NCBI GenBank assembly: GCA_023227985.1
Contig: JALOCB010000004.1
Location: 7,442-71,441, forward strand
Length of the DNA: 64,000 nucleotides
Direction: 5' to 3'
Source: Candidatus Omnitrophota bacterium
GTDB taxonomy: Bacteria > Omnitrophota > Gorgyraeia > Gygaellales > Profunditerraquicolaceae
This document shows, in pieces, positions 29,209 to 37,586 of the stretch (positions are counted from its first letter, which is position 1; every line of letters begins with the position of its first letter). Position numbers and translations under genes: made by a program. Under the pieces are notes generated by a model, which did not search any database, was not told the origin of the DNA, and saw nothing but the letters and a program-made list of their open reading frames with translations.

Positions 29209-29241
29209 GCGGAGTCCTGCTTATCGGCAGACAGGACCCGC
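29209..29241 (-). terminator. candidate terminator hairpin downstream of the PP-loop ATPase gene
   Basis: The minus-strand sequence reads GCGGGUCCUGucugccgauaagCAGGACuCCGC, followed by AAAAUUUGA. The U-tract is weak. Confidence 0.3.
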
Positions 29242-29275
29242 AAAACTTTCATTGCGAGAAACCCGACAGATACAT

Positions 29276-30271
29276 TTATAATCTATACTTCACCGATTCT
29301 TCATCGGGTATTGGCGCGGAGGATAGGATGCGCTCTTCTTTAAGCGGAAATTTACGGCAAATGATATCTATGGTCTCTTTTCCATTAAGATCGCAATAGC
29401 GGGCATTGATCCCGGCGCAAAGCTTGATCTGCTCTTCGGTCAATTCGCCCCTGGCTAATGCCGTCGGCCCACCGATATCCAAAGGCGGAAAAAATAAATG
29501 ATCGCCTTCCTGGGCCAGCTTTTCGATCTCCTCATTATCCCGGATATCCCTGCCCACGACCAGCTTGACGCTATCGCTGATCCGGTAATGCCTGCCTAAT
29601 TTCAGAAGCGCGACATTATCCAGATCATATTTACCGCGCTTAAACAGATCGCGCAGTCTCACCGCGAAACGCGGCTCGGTCAACAGGCATCCGCCTGCGG
29701 CATTAGGATAGTCGATCACCCCGATCATCACCGCCAGGTCGATCTGGGGCTTGCGCGACCTGCCGTTGAAATCAAATAATTTATCCCGGTCCACCCAGCC
29801 TTTTTGCTCGGGGAGGCTCGGCTCAAGCACTTTAGCGGATAACGGTCTGAGGATACAATCCTTTACCCCGGCATCCTCGGCGATCAAATTCAAGGCGCGG
29901 ACGTGCTGAGACATCGGCCGCTGGCCCAAAACCTCTCCGGTGATCAGGAATGAAGCGCCCAGCTCCTGCATAAGCTCTTTGGCTTTCTTGAGCATAAGTA
30001 TCTTGCAGTCAATGCACGGATTGACGTTGGCGCCGTGGCCGTGTTTAGGATGCCGGACGATCTGCAGGAATTCATCTCCCAACACTATGGTCTTCATCTC
30101 TATGCCCGAGGCGCTGGTAAGCGCTTCGGCAAAACTGGGGCCGGGCTTTTTCTGGCGCAAAGCAAAAGGTATTTTAAAATAAACCCCGATAACTTCAATA
30201 CCCAGGTCCTTGACCACTTTTGCCGCCAGGATGCTGTCCAGTCCGCCGGAAATCAACGCAATAGCTTTCAT
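29276..30271 (-). CDS. PP-loop superfamily ATPase, ThiI-like (tRNA thiolation-related)
   Basis: Contains ALISGGLDS, a PP-loop SGGxDS motif, and LITGEVLGQRPMSQ, which resembles the ThiI GESLGQVASQT motif. The protein is 331 aa long and has no THUMP domain. Confidence 0.55.
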   Translation of the reverse strand: MKAIALISGGLDSILAAKVVKDLGIEVIGVYFKIPFALRQKKPGPSFAEALTSASGIEMKTIVLGDEFLQIVRHPKHGHGANVNPCIDCKILMLKKAKELMQELGASFLITGEVLGQRPMSQHVRALNLIAEDAGVKDCILRPLSAKVLEPSLPEQKGWVDRDKLFDFNGRSRKPQIDLAVMIGVIDYPNAAGGCLLTEPRFAVRLRDLFKRGKYDLDNVALLKLGRHYRISDSVKLVVGRDIRDNEEIEKLAQEGDHLFFPPLDIGGPTALARGELTEEQIKLCAGINARYCDLNGKETIDIICRKFPLKEERILSSAPIPDEESVKYRL

Positions 30272-30300
30272 TGTATTTTAAGTTATCGGTTATTTATTAG

Positions 30301-31044
30301 TTAGAATGCCAGGAACTTCTTGGTCAATGCCATAAAGGCAATACCGGCCAGGAAAGAAATGAACGCCAGGTTGGCTTTTTTAGTGTCCCGCTCTTTGTGC
30401 AGCTCCGGAATCAGATCGGAAGTAGCGATATAAATAAAGCCGCCTGCGGTCAGAGGCAGGATAAAACTGGAGAAGTGCGCTACTTTATCGGCTAAGAAAT
30501 ACCCGGCTAAAGCGCCTACCATTGCCGCCAAGGCGGATATAAAATTAAAAAGCAAGGCCTTAGCCTTGCTGAAACCACCGTAAACCAATACCCCAAAGTC
30601 CCCCAACTCTTGCGGAATCTCATGAAAAATCACCGCCAGAGTGGTGACAATTCCTATCTTTATAGAAACTGTAAAGCTGGCCGCGATGATCATCCCGTCC
30701 AGGAAATTATGGAACCCGTCTCCGACGAGATTAAGATAAGTGAAGCTGTGGACCTTGCAGACCCCGTGCTCGTGGCAATGCCGCCAGAAAAAGTACCTCT
30801 CCATCAGGAAGAAAATGATTATCCCGAGTATAACACCGTAAAAAACAGGAGTGCTCGGAGTTTCCTCCAGGACTTCAGGCAGTATATGCAGGAACGCGCC
30901 GCCGATAAGGGCCCCGGCGGAAAACCCGATCAGGTAGAACAGGATCTTTTGCAGCAGGTTTTCTTTTATTAAGAGGCTGAATATGCCTATAAGAGAAATA
31001 AGGCTGACTACTAATGTGCTTGCAAGTATCCAGATTAAAAGCAT
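30301..31044 (-). CDS. zupT: ZIP-family zinc transporter
   Basis: Contains HNFLDG and HEIPQELGDFGVL, which are ZIP signature motifs. The protein is 247 aa long with 8 transmembrane helices. Confidence 0.85.
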   Translation of the reverse strand: MLLIWILASTLVVSLISLIGIFSLLIKENLLQKILFYLIGFSAGALIGGAFLHILPEVLEETPSTPVFYGVILGIIIFFLMERYFFWRHCHEHGVCKVHSFTYLNLVGDGFHNFLDGMIIAASFTVSIKIGIVTTLAVIFHEIPQELGDFGVLVYGGFSKAKALLFNFISALAAMVGALAGYFLADKVAHFSSFILPLTAGGFIYIATSDLIPELHKERDTKKANLAFISFLAGIAFMALTKKFLAF

Positions 31045-31093
31045 GGAAGGAACCTTCAGGCTGACAGACGCTAAACCTTTTTAAATAAAAGAT

Positions 31094-31174
31094 TTACCCT
31101 AAATTGGGCTTTCTGCCTTTATTGGCTTTCTTGGAGCGCCAGTTAAGCTTTCCTCTGCGTTTTCTTTTACCCAT
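31094..31174 (-). CDS. candidate 26-aa highly basic peptide, bTHX-like small ribosomal protein, not in the ORF track
   Basis: Reverse-strand translation gives ATG GGT AAA AGA ... TAA = MGKRKRRGKLNWRSKKANKGRKPNLG*. An AAGGAAA ribosome-binding site lies 8 nt upstream. The peptide resembles Thermus Thx ([25 protein letters not shown]). Coordinates are accurate to about 2 nt. Confidence 0.35.
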   Translation of the reverse strand: MGKRKRRGKLNWRSKKANKGRKPNLG

Positions 31175-31192
31175 CTTTAGTTTCCTTTTTAA

Positions 31193-31939
31193 TTAATATT
31201 TGTAATAATTAGCCGGTATGGTCTGTGAAATATACCGGATCGCCTCAATGATACAAATGCGTATAGCTTTTTCCATCGGCGTATTCGCGTAAGACGACAA
31301 CCCTCCGCCCAAAGCCCATCCGCCGAAAAACCCGGCCATAAAACCTCCCGAGACATCCGTAGCCTGGCCCTGCACCCGGGTAGCTGCCAGAACCTCAGAA
31401 GTCGCGGTGTCCACTATACGGATATCCAAGGCCATATGCGCTTTGTTCATCGAAGCGCCAAGCAGCCCTCCAAGAATACCGCTGCCTACTCCGCCGCCGC
31501 CGCCGATCCCGGCGCTTCCGCCGGACGCCTCAGGCTCGAACTCGGTCACCGCTGCGGTAATTATCAGATCCGCGGTTTTGATCTGGCCTCTTTGCGGACC
31601 GGCCCCCTGCTGGGCCGCGCCTGAAATTGATAATTCCTGTTCTTTCATTATCGCGTCCAAGACCTGCCGCTCGACTACCCGAAAACGATTACTGTTGACC
31701 AGCGCGGTTACTGTCATCTCTTTCAACCCCGAACCGATCTCGCCGGTAGCCTTGGCGGCCTTTACATCGAAATCAGCCACGGCAATGCGCGCCCGCGGAC
31801 CGGAATAAGGAGGCAAAGGCTCAGCGCCCGCGTTATTATCCACTCTCGCGCTGGGCTGGGTCAACTGCTGCAATGTTTCACAGCCGGAGATCCCGGCAGT
31901 CAGGAAGATGCAAAATATAAAACCTAATATCCTCTTCAT
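31193..31939 (-). CDS. CsgG-family lipoprotein
   Basis: The signal peptide and lipobox (LTAGISGC) are followed by RIAVADFDVKA... and a Gly-rich segment, with CsgG-like topology. Length is 248 aa. Confidence 0.6.
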   Translation of the reverse strand: MKRILGFIFCIFLTAGISGCETLQQLTQPSARVDNNAGAEPLPPYSGPRARIAVADFDVKAAKATGEIGSGLKEMTVTALVNSNRFRVVERQVLDAIMKEQELSISGAAQQGAGPQRGQIKTADLIITAAVTEFEPEASGGSAGIGGGGGVGSGILGGLLGASMNKAHMALDIRIVDTATSEVLAATRVQGQATDVSGGFMAGFFGGWALGGGLSSYANTPMEKAIRICIIEAIRYISQTIPANYYKY

Positions 31940-31950
31940 TATTAAACCCC

Positions 31951-32559
31951 CTATTGGGCCGGCTTTTGGTAAACTGCGGGATCGTCCAAATCAACAGGCT
32001 GCTTATTCAATATCATTATCACCTTGGGAGCCAGGTTTGAGGCGGCGCTGACCAGAGCTTCTTTCCCTCCGGTGATCACATCCAGATGAGCTGAATTGCC
32101 CGAAGCATCCAGATAAGCCATTATTCTTTTGTCTTTAACCCGAATAAGTTTAGCGGACAGATTGGCGAAACACGAGCGCATAGATGATTCAGGGACATTG
32201 CCTCCCGCGGAAGCCACTGCTTTGCCCAGCACTATGTAATCCGCTTTAGAATTGCTGCCTAACTTGACCGAAGCTTTATCCGACAGATCGACCATGCGAA
32301 AGGCGCGGTCCTTCTGTATGAACGATTCAAGCTCAGAAGGCTCTATTATGTCATAACCCTCTTCGATAAGCTTTGAAGCTATAACCGCTTCCGTAGCCGA
32401 AAGATCCACTTCACTCGCCCACCATCCGGTCCTGGGACCGTTTATATTCTGTTCGGCGATCATAAGTATGATCTTCGCCTTACCCTCTGCGGCAAACACA
32501 GAAGACAGGGAGAAACCGAAAATAACCGCAAAAATAAAAGAAATTATGGGTTTTTTCAT
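31951..32559 (-). CDS. hypothetical secreted protein (signal peptide), partner of the CsgG-like gene
   Basis: The 202-aa protein has a cleavable signal peptide (SSVFAAEG). No motif was recognised. Confidence 0.4.
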   Translation of the reverse strand: MKKPIISFIFAVIFGFSLSSVFAAEGKAKIILMIAEQNINGPRTGWWASEVDLSATEAVIASKLIEEGYDIIEPSELESFIQKDRAFRMVDLSDKASVKLGSNSKADYIVLGKAVASAGGNVPESSMRSCFANLSAKLIRVKDKRIMAYLDASGNSAHLDVITGGKEALVSAASNLAPKVIMILNKQPVDLDDPAVYQKPAQ

Positions 32560-32592
32560 TTTATCCTCCAGTTTTTATATTATAAGCTGCTT

Positions 32593-33240
32593 TCAGTTTA
32601 TGTCAAGCAGATTGGGTATTTTCGACAGATCGGCAGCCCGGGGAATTATACGAAACGGTTTTTCGCGACTAAGCTCCTTGCGGCTGCTGGAACCGGTAGT
32701 TACCATAACAGTCTTGACCCCGGCCCTTGCCCCGGCCTGGCTATCGATCGCCATATCCCCTACATAAAGGCATTCTCCAGGGGTCAATGAAGCCCGTTTG
32801 ATGATCTTATTAAGAATATCCGGATAAGGTTTTCCGCGCTTAAGCTTATCCGCGCAAAGCACCTGATCGAAATACTGCCTGATCTTAAGGTGCTTCATTA
32901 AAATAAGTGAAAAAGCGGTCGGCCGATTGCTGGCTACTGCCAGCATATAACCCTTTGCTTTGATCTTCTTCAAAAGCCGGAGCACTCCGGGAAAAAGCCG
33001 GCTTTGGATGATAAGGCTTTTTTTATGATGCCTGCGGTAAACCAATAACGCCTTCTCCAGAACTGGCTCCGGAACAAACGGTGCAAGCAGGTTCTTATCT
33101 CCCCAGCCTACTGCCTTACGGATAACGCCGGTTTTCTGGACAGGACAATTAAAACGCCGCATAGTGTGATTGAAACTGGAGTTAATGGCGGGATAGGCGT
33201 CGATCAATGTCCCATCCAGGTCAAATATAACAAGTTTCAT
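32593..33240 (-). CDS. HAD-superfamily hydrolase (phosphoglycolate phosphatase-like)
   Basis: The sequence MKLVIFDLDGTLID contains the DxD motif I. Motifs II and III are present, as is the GDxxxD motif IV (YVGDMAIDSQAG). Confidence 0.75.
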   Translation of the reverse strand: MKLVIFDLDGTLIDAYPAINSSFNHTMRRFNCPVQKTGVIRKAVGWGDKNLLAPFVPEPVLEKALLVYRRHHKKSLIIQSRLFPGVLRLLKKIKAKGYMLAVASNRPTAFSLILMKHLKIRQYFDQVLCADKLKRGKPYPDILNKIIKRASLTPGECLYVGDMAIDSQAGARAGVKTVMVTTGSSSRKELSREKPFRIIPRAADLSKIPNLLDIN

Positions 33241-33337
33241 CCCTCTATCAACCATCTTTCATCCCCATAAAAACAAAGACAGGATATTCTCCTGCCTTTG
33301 TTGTAATTCTGTGGTCTCAGGGCGCTGCGCCCTGGCG

Positions 33338-33988
33338 TTAATCTTCTTCGATATACTCCTCAGATTCTTCTTCAACAACCGGAGCCGAGGCAATAGTCGG
33401 GCTAACCGGGCCGACCGCGCTTACCTGGCCTTCGCTCGCCGGGGCCTCGATTACCGGAACAGCAGTGGCGTCGGAATCTACGGGGCTGGCCGGCCCTACC
33501 GCGCTTATGTCGCCGGGTCCGTCAACAACCCCTGCTGCCGGAGCCGGGGCATCAAAACTAGCCGGGCTGATCGGGCCTGTGCCCACTTTTTCCGGTATCA
33601 ACTCCTGCTCTTCCACATCGCCGATATCCTCGATCTTTTCCACGCTGATATTCCGGGCGGAATTCCTACCGTCAGCGCCGATAACATAATCGATGCTTAC
33701 CGTATCCTGAATCTTGATCTCCGCCAAAGACTCGCTGTTCTCAAACACCGTCTTATCATCAACGGACATAGTCATCTGTTTTTCCATATCCGTATCATAA
33801 TCAAGGTATTTCACCGCAAATGACTTGGCATCCTGGTCTATGGAAACAACCTCTCCCCATATCCACTGTATCTCGGCCGCGGCATCCTGCGCGGAAAGTT
33901 GCTCCTGTTGAGCAAAAACAAAGCCCGTATTTAAAGATATTAAAAGACCGGTTATTACTGTTAAGATAACACCTGTTCTCTTATACAT
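33338..33988 (-). CDS. hypothetical secreted acidic protein with a repetitive Pro/Ala/Ser-rich C-terminus
   Basis: The signal peptide (MYKRTGVILTVITGLLISLNTGFVFA) is followed by a C-terminus with repeated SAVGP(A/V)SP and DSDATAVPVIEAPASEG segments. The corresponding nucleotide repeats are visible at about 33400-33560. Confidence 0.4.
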   Translation of the reverse strand: MYKRTGVILTVITGLLISLNTGFVFAQQEQLSAQDAAAEIQWIWGEVVSIDQDAKSFAVKYLDYDTDMEKQMTMSVDDKTVFENSESLAEIKIQDTVSIDYVIGADGRNSARNISVEKIEDIGDVEEQELIPEKVGTGPISPASFDAPAPAAGVVDGPGDISAVGPASPVDSDATAVPVIEAPASEGQVSAVGPVSPTIASAPVVEEESEEYIEED

Positions 33989-34080
33989 CACAGCCTCCTT
34001 TTGGATTTTTTGCAGTGTATCATACTTTACCATCGGTGTCAATCCAAAACAAGCGGTCAGTAACTTCGTTTATGCCATTC

Positions 34081-34665
34081 TTAAAAAATATTTTTAACGC
34101 GTGCTTGTATCCGGGAATAGATCCCTGCCGCGGCAAGTATCTTTACTGTCTCTCCGGCGGCAAAAGGCGCAACGCCGAGAATAAACGCCTGTAAAAAACT
34201 GTATCCGAAAAGCAGTTTAAGCCATAAGGCGCCGCAAAAAAATAAGACGGCGTCTCCCAGTAAGAATATCCCTGCTGTCGCCAAAAGGCTCATCCGCCCC
34301 GGTTTTAACGCCTTTCCGATAAATGCCGCGGCCAGGATAAACCCCAAGATGTATCCTCCGGTAGGCCCGGCCAGATAAAACAAACCGCTGCCTGTACCGG
34401 TAAACGCCGCCGCGCCGGCCACCCCCAGGACCAAGTAAGCTAACTGGCTCACCGCTCCCAGGCCCGGGCCCAGACACGCCCCGGATAATAGAACAAAAAA
34501 TGTCTGCAAAGTTATTGGCACAGGCGTAAATGGCAGAGGTATGCGCACAAAAGAGGCTAAGCTCATCAAAACCACAAAAGCCCCCACGCCAAGCGCCCTA
34601 TTCAAGTTCTTGCTTAATGACACTTCCCTGTTCAATGATATGTCCATTCCCCCTCCATAATTCAT
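34081..34665 (-). CDS. bioY: biotin transporter BioY
   Basis: The 194-aa protein has 6 transmembrane helices and the BioY pattern (...TLQTFFVLLSGA...GY..GF). Confidence 0.75.
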   Translation of the reverse strand: MNYGGGMDISLNREVSLSKNLNRALGVGAFVVLMSLASFVRIPLPFTPVPITLQTFFVLLSGACLGPGLGAVSQLAYLVLGVAGAAAFTGTGSGLFYLAGPTGGYILGFILAAAFIGKALKPGRMSLLATAGIFLLGDAVLFFCGALWLKLLFGYSFLQAFILGVAPFAAGETVKILAAAGIYSRIQARVKNIF

Positions 34666-34740
34666 ATTATATACCGATCAAAAAACGCTCATTTAGCCAT
34701 CATTATTATACATACAAAAACCGGATAGTAAAGTATGAAT

Positions 34741-34795
34741 ACAAAAGGGCTGATAACCGCGCGTTTTAAAACGCATTGCGCCTGGTCATCAGCCC
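34741..34795 (-). terminator. Rho-independent terminator after the small membrane-protein gene
   Basis: The minus-strand sequence reads GGGGCUGAU...nested GCGUUUUAAAACGC...AUCAGCCC, followed by UUUUGUAUU. Confidence 0.5.
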
Positions 34796-34818
34796 CATAT
34801 GCCGCTACTGTCTGAATA

Positions 34819-35031
34819 TTATTCCTTGGCTATAGCCAGGGTGATCACGCCAACCAGAATAAAGAACAACCCGACGCAACCCTTGATCAAAGCCAATAGA
34901 TAAAAGCGGCCTTTTAAAGTAAGGTACGCGCCGAGGGCTAAGAACGCAAGGCCTAAAATCACCTTGAATGCCATAGCCGCCGCCTTCTTGCACCCGCATT
35001 CCTTTTTCCCCTGTTTTGCCTCGTCAGCCAT
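34819..35031 (-). CDS. small membrane protein (about 70 aa, two transmembrane helices)
   Basis: The sequence begins MADEAKQGKKECGCKKAAAMAFKVILGLAFLALGAYL... The start is the ATG after the AGGAGG Shine-Dalgarno sequence. The track ORF begins at a GTG inside the upstream palindromic repeat. Confidence 0.4.
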   Translation of the reverse strand: MADEAKQGKKECGCKKAAAMAFKVILGLAFLALGAYLTLKGRFYLLALIKGCVGLFFILVGVITLAIAKE

Positions 35032-35040
35032 CCCACCCTC

Positions 35041-35178
35041 CTTGTGTAGAGACACAACACCGACGCATATTCCGATTGCGTCGGGTGTCAGTTCTCATTA
35101 CAACACCGACGCATATTCTCCGCCACGGGGCGGATACCGGCTTATTCCTATAAAGCCGGGTGCCGATTGCGCCGGGTG
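35041..35178. repeat. palindrome TTGTGTCTCTACACAA plus ACACC...GGGTGT hairpin units, located in the 5' leader of the small membrane-protein gene
   Basis: The plus strand reads cttgtgtagagacacaa, followed by caccgacgcatattccgattgcgtcgggtgt, a longer composite hairpin (caacaccgacgcatattctccgccacggggcgg...gccgggtgccgattgcgccgggtgt). Confidence 0.8.
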
Positions 35179-36096
35179 TCAATTCTCTTTCGGTCTGCTT
35201 TTCCATCTCCGGTGTATCCAGCTCCATTCCTGAGGATACCTGCGGATATAGGACTCGATTATTTTCGTTATCCTTTGAATATTGTTCACTATCGTCTCCG
35301 CCTCATCTTTGCCCTTGAGCAGATCTAAAGCCGGCTCGAACACTATCCGGTGCGTATCATCTTTCTGCCTGATAATAAAACACGGCAGGATCGCCGCGCC
35401 TGTTCTCTGGGCAAGGACCACCGGGCCGGTGGCAGTAGCCGCTTTTCTGCCGAAGAAATCCACGTATACGCCCGATGTCCCGAAATTCTGGTCAAGGGGG
35501 ATCAACAAAAGCCTGTTCTCCCGCAAAGCCTTTATGGTATTCGCGACGCAGGCTGTACGGGGAATACTGCTTATGGTATTTATATCCAATTTCGCCCGGT
35601 CAGTTTCAAAAAGTCCCTCTATTTGACGGTTCTTCAGCGGACGCATGATCACGCTGGTCTTATATCCATCAATACTGAGTTTTGCCAGCATTAACACAAA
35701 ATTACCGAAATGGCCGCTGACCAATATCACCCCTTTACCCTTTGCCAGCGCCTGATCAAGATGCTCTTGGCCTTCAATAGTGGAACTTGACCTTATAAAC
35801 CCCGGCCTGCCTATGACAAAAGCCAGCTCTGAGGAGGACTTGGCCATATAAATAAAACAATCCCTGGCAATCTTTTTGATCTCTGCCGGGCTTTTAGTCT
35901 TTCCAAAAGCATGGCTAAGCCCCTCAAAAGCCACCCGTCTATGCCTGGCCAAGAGCCAATATCCAACAGTCCCAAGTTTCTCAGCGAACAAATACAGGTT
36001 TTTCCGGGATATATGCCGTATTATCAATGAGCAGGCGATTAACGCAATACTGCTGAGTATATTAGCGAAAACTCTTTTTATTTTCTTAAGGATCAT
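35179..36096 (-). CDS. lysophospholipid/lipid A acyltransferase (LpxL/HtrB family)
   Basis: The 305-aa protein has an N-terminal transmembrane anchor and HFGNF within ...VSGHFGNFVLM, the acyltransferase HX4D-like region of the LpxL family. Confidence 0.7.
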   Translation of the reverse strand: MILKKIKRVFANILSSIALIACSLIIRHISRKNLYLFAEKLGTVGYWLLARHRRVAFEGLSHAFGKTKSPAEIKKIARDCFIYMAKSSSELAFVIGRPGFIRSSSTIEGQEHLDQALAKGKGVILVSGHFGNFVLMLAKLSIDGYKTSVIMRPLKNRQIEGLFETDRAKLDINTISSIPRTACVANTIKALRENRLLLIPLDQNFGTSGVYVDFFGRKAATATGPVVLAQRTGAAILPCFIIRQKDDTHRIVFEPALDLLKGKDEAETIVNNIQRITKIIESYIRRYPQEWSWIHRRWKSRPKEN

Positions 36097-36111
36097 CTTC
36101 TTATATGGGAA

Positions 36112-36597
36112 TTACAATTTATAACCGATTTTGCGCAGAAGATCTTTACGCCAGGCCTTATCTTCAGGTGATTCCAGCCCGTCCGGCTTGCTGCCGTCCA
36201 CTACCCCCAGGATACCCCGGCCCAAGGATGTCTCCGCCAGGATCACCTCAACCGTATTCGCGCTGGCGCAATAAATATTGCAGACCTCCGGAACATTCTT
36301 AATGGCATTCAATACATTTATAGGATAGGCGTCTTTGATCAGTATAATAAAGCTGTGCCCCGCTCCCAAGGCCAGGCAGTTTTCCCCGGCCAGCTGCTTC
36401 ATTTGTTCGTCATTGCCTTCTATCCTGACTTTGCAACTGCCCGAAGCCTCGGAAAAAGCCAAACCGAATTTTATCCCCGGGACGCTGTTGACCATAGCTT
36501 CATACAAATCTTCAGCGCTTTTGATAAAATGACACTGCCCCAGTATGACATTAACGGTTTCCGGTTTGTTTATCCTGACTGTCTTTAATTCAAGCAT
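36112..36597 (-). CDS. conserved hypothetical protein, possibly adenosine-specific kinase-like (PF04008-like)
   Basis: The protein is 161 aa long. The assignment is tentative and is based on size and an N-terminal ...HFIKSAEDLYEA... segment. Confidence 0.3.
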   Translation of the reverse strand: MLELKTVRINKPETVNVILGQCHFIKSAEDLYEAMVNSVPGIKFGLAFSEASGSCKVRIEGNDEQMKQLAGENCLALGAGHSFIILIKDAYPINVLNAIKNVPEVCNIYCASANTVEVILAETSLGRGILGVVDGSKPDGLESPEDKAWRKDLLRKIGYKL

Positions 36598-36660
36598 TAT
36601 CCTCTCCGCTTTTCCCCTATTTTACCACACAAATATCCCGGGTCAACTGCTTAAGACCGG

Positions 36661-37443
36661 CTATTGCCCGGATCTTTCCGCTTTTTCCATATCCTGCGAC
36701 CGGTCCAGGCTTAAATCAATCCGGCTGAACAGGCTTTCGCCCGAAGGGAGTACAAGAAAGAATTTGTTGCAGGTATCGATAAAAACTTCGGCATTATCAA
36801 GTTCGAGATCCAGGATATGGCCTCCGGATGCGGCATCATTGGATAGAAAATGAAAATGATAACCAGGCATATTAACGCCTTTGACGTATTCCGGCATCCT
36901 AAAACCCACAATAGTCCCTGATGCCGACGCCAGGTCAAAAACCGGCTGGGTCTTGGTCACCTCCGCCAACGGCGGATAAGGTTTCTGTTGAACGGGGACA
37001 CTGCGCGTTTTTACTCTGGAAAAATCGCCTTTTATCTTTATCGCGCAGAAGATATTTTTGTTGTGGATCTGCCCGTCTATTGCTTTTTCAAGGGCGGTAA
37101 GATCTGTTTTTCTGTTCAACGAAAAAACGACATCCGGCTTGAATTTAACCACCGAGGCGAACGGGCTGCGCAGACAGGCTCGCGGACGATAAACCTTGCC
37201 GTCCGCCTTTACCTGGTAAATCTTGCCGTCCAACAGGACCATTTCCCCATCCAGGCCTTCAAAAGTCCCTATCCCCAGGTCTCCCCGGCCGATCAACTCC
37301 TTACAACTGACCTGGCCGTCATAAGCTCCGGCAAGCAGGGCATCCAATGTAGAGAACTGGATAACAGTATTCCTGGGCAAACCACAGCAACCACAAAATC
37401 CGGCCGCCATAAAGAATAATATCAGGATCCCGTATCTACGCAT
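36661..37443 (-). CDS. budA: alpha-acetolactate decarboxylase
   Basis: Contains IQFSTLDALLAGAYDG, the ALDC N-terminal signature, and an HFH metal-ligand motif (GYHFHFLS). An N-terminal signal peptide or lipobox (GFCGC) is present. Length is 260 aa. Confidence 0.7.
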   Translation of the reverse strand: MRRYGILILFFMAAGFCGCCGLPRNTVIQFSTLDALLAGAYDGQVSCKELIGRGDLGIGTFEGLDGEMVLLDGKIYQVKADGKVYRPRACLRSPFASVVKFKPDVVFSLNRKTDLTALEKAIDGQIHNKNIFCAIKIKGDFSRVKTRSVPVQQKPYPPLAEVTKTQPVFDLASASGTIVGFRMPEYVKGVNMPGYHFHFLSNDAASGGHILDLELDNAEVFIDTCNKFFLVLPSGESLFSRIDLSLDRSQDMEKAERSGQ

Positions 37444-37549
37444 ATTTTCACCTCAAATAAATACACAACACCAATCCATACATCAACTTCCAGCTTGATT
37501 ATACCTCTTCCGCGCTGTTTTTACAACGGGGAATTAGAGCCAAAAAAAA

Positions 37550-37577
37550 CATTGCCAATACGGCCAAACGGCCTATA
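37550..37577 (+). promoter_or_regulatory. sigma70-like promoter for the CDF transporter (-35 TTGCCA, 16 nt, -10 TATAAT), giving a near-leaderless mRNA
   Basis: The sequence reads TTGCCAatacggccaaacggccTATAATctgtttt, and the ATG follows within about 10 nt of the -10 element. Confidence 0.4.
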
Positions 37578-37586
37578 ATCTGTTTT

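Noticed and set aside
34666-34760. Candidate BirA operator upstream of bioY
   Set aside because: Only a short direct repeat (ATACAAAA twice) and a TATAAT box are present. No long bioO-like palindrome could be supported.
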